Position numbers and translations under genes: made by a program
Shown: positions 63,580-64,000 of the stretch, in pieces
Numbering within the stretch: position 1 is the stretch's first letter
Layout: each line of letters begins with the position of its first letter
From: Gonapodya sp. JEL0774
Lineage: Eukaryota
Reading direction: 5' to 3'
Length of the DNA: 64,000 nucleotides
Assembly (NCBI GenBank): GCA_027604505.1
Contig: JADIIX010000002.1
Span: 1 to 64,000 of the forward strand
Notes under the pieces: generated by a model
What the model saw: the letters and a program-made list of their open reading frames with translations, nothing else
Databases searched by the model: none
Told to the model about the DNA's origin: nothing

Positions 63580-64000
63580 TCACAAGACTACCACCGCAGC
63601 CGCAATTATCAATCCCGCAATCGCCCCGGAGATCCCTGCGGACTTGCTCGCAGAATTTCCCTTACCGGCAGCTGTTGCAGTTGCAGAAGCGGTTGCAGAC
63701 GCCGCCGCAGCTTTTGTGGAAGTCACACCGGTCGCACCGGTAACAGCGGCGGAAGCCGGCCCACTGGCTGAAGCCGTACCGACAGGAGGGGAATCCCTAG
63801 TCGGTCCAGTAAAGGTCGTGTCAGCGTAGACGAAGGGGTATGGGGTCACCTGAGCGTTCGGAATAGATGTCGGCGAGCCGTAATCCTGCCACAGCGCAGC
63901 GTCGCTAGGCGACACCCATCGGCCCAGACCGGTGCAGTTTGAGGGGAGGATAATATCATAGCCAGCGTCTTGCGCCATTTTCAATACTTGAGGGAAAATG
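63580..64000 (-). CDS. 3' end of a GPI-anchored surface protein, possibly a polysaccharide (chitin) deacetylase
   Basis: VLKMAQDAGYDIILPSNC resembles the end of a NodB domain. Ala/Ser/Thr stalk, then GNSA and a hydrophobic tail (ISGAIAGLIIAAAVVVL*). Confidence 0.55.
   Translation of the reverse strand, partial: IFPQVLKMAQDAGYDIILPSNCTGLGRWVSPSDAALWQDYGSPTSIPNAQVTPYPFVYADTTFTGPTRDSPPVGTASASGPASAAVTGATGVTSTKAAAASATASATATAAGKGNSASKSAGISGAIAGLIIAAAVVVL

Overview
Intron-rich eukaryotic DNA (GT-AG introns, many ORFs split). The gene content points to an early-diverging zoosporic fungus: a Crinkler effector, a Frizzled/Smoothened-like GPCR, plant-type LRR proteins, a ZC2HC1-like protein and fungal housekeeping genes. 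That taxonomic placement is an inference. In order, the window holds: a head-to-head pair of plant-type LRR surface proteins (one transmembrane and running off the window, one probably GPI-anchored); a CpG-depleted degenerate KDZ-type transposon; a RING+PHD gene; a Kgd4/MRPS36-like gene; a TPR-like hypothetical gene; a MATA-type HMG-box gene; MSH1 divergent from an RRG7-like PD-(D/E)xK nuclease; an AzgA permease; a dispersed 5S rRNA gene and a 5S fragment that bracket a CRN effector; gene relics; a secreted EEP-family hydrolase; a CRD-containing class-F-like GPCR; RPL28 (uL15); a large Myb/SANT protein; two tandem GH5 glucanases carrying an unrecognised Cys/Trp repeat; ketopantoate reductase; NIP7; a bacterial-type peroxisomal acyl-CoA synthetase; a zf-C2HC protein; and the 3' end of a GPI-anchored protein. 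Gene models were spliced by eye, so the boundaries are approximate. No database searches were run.
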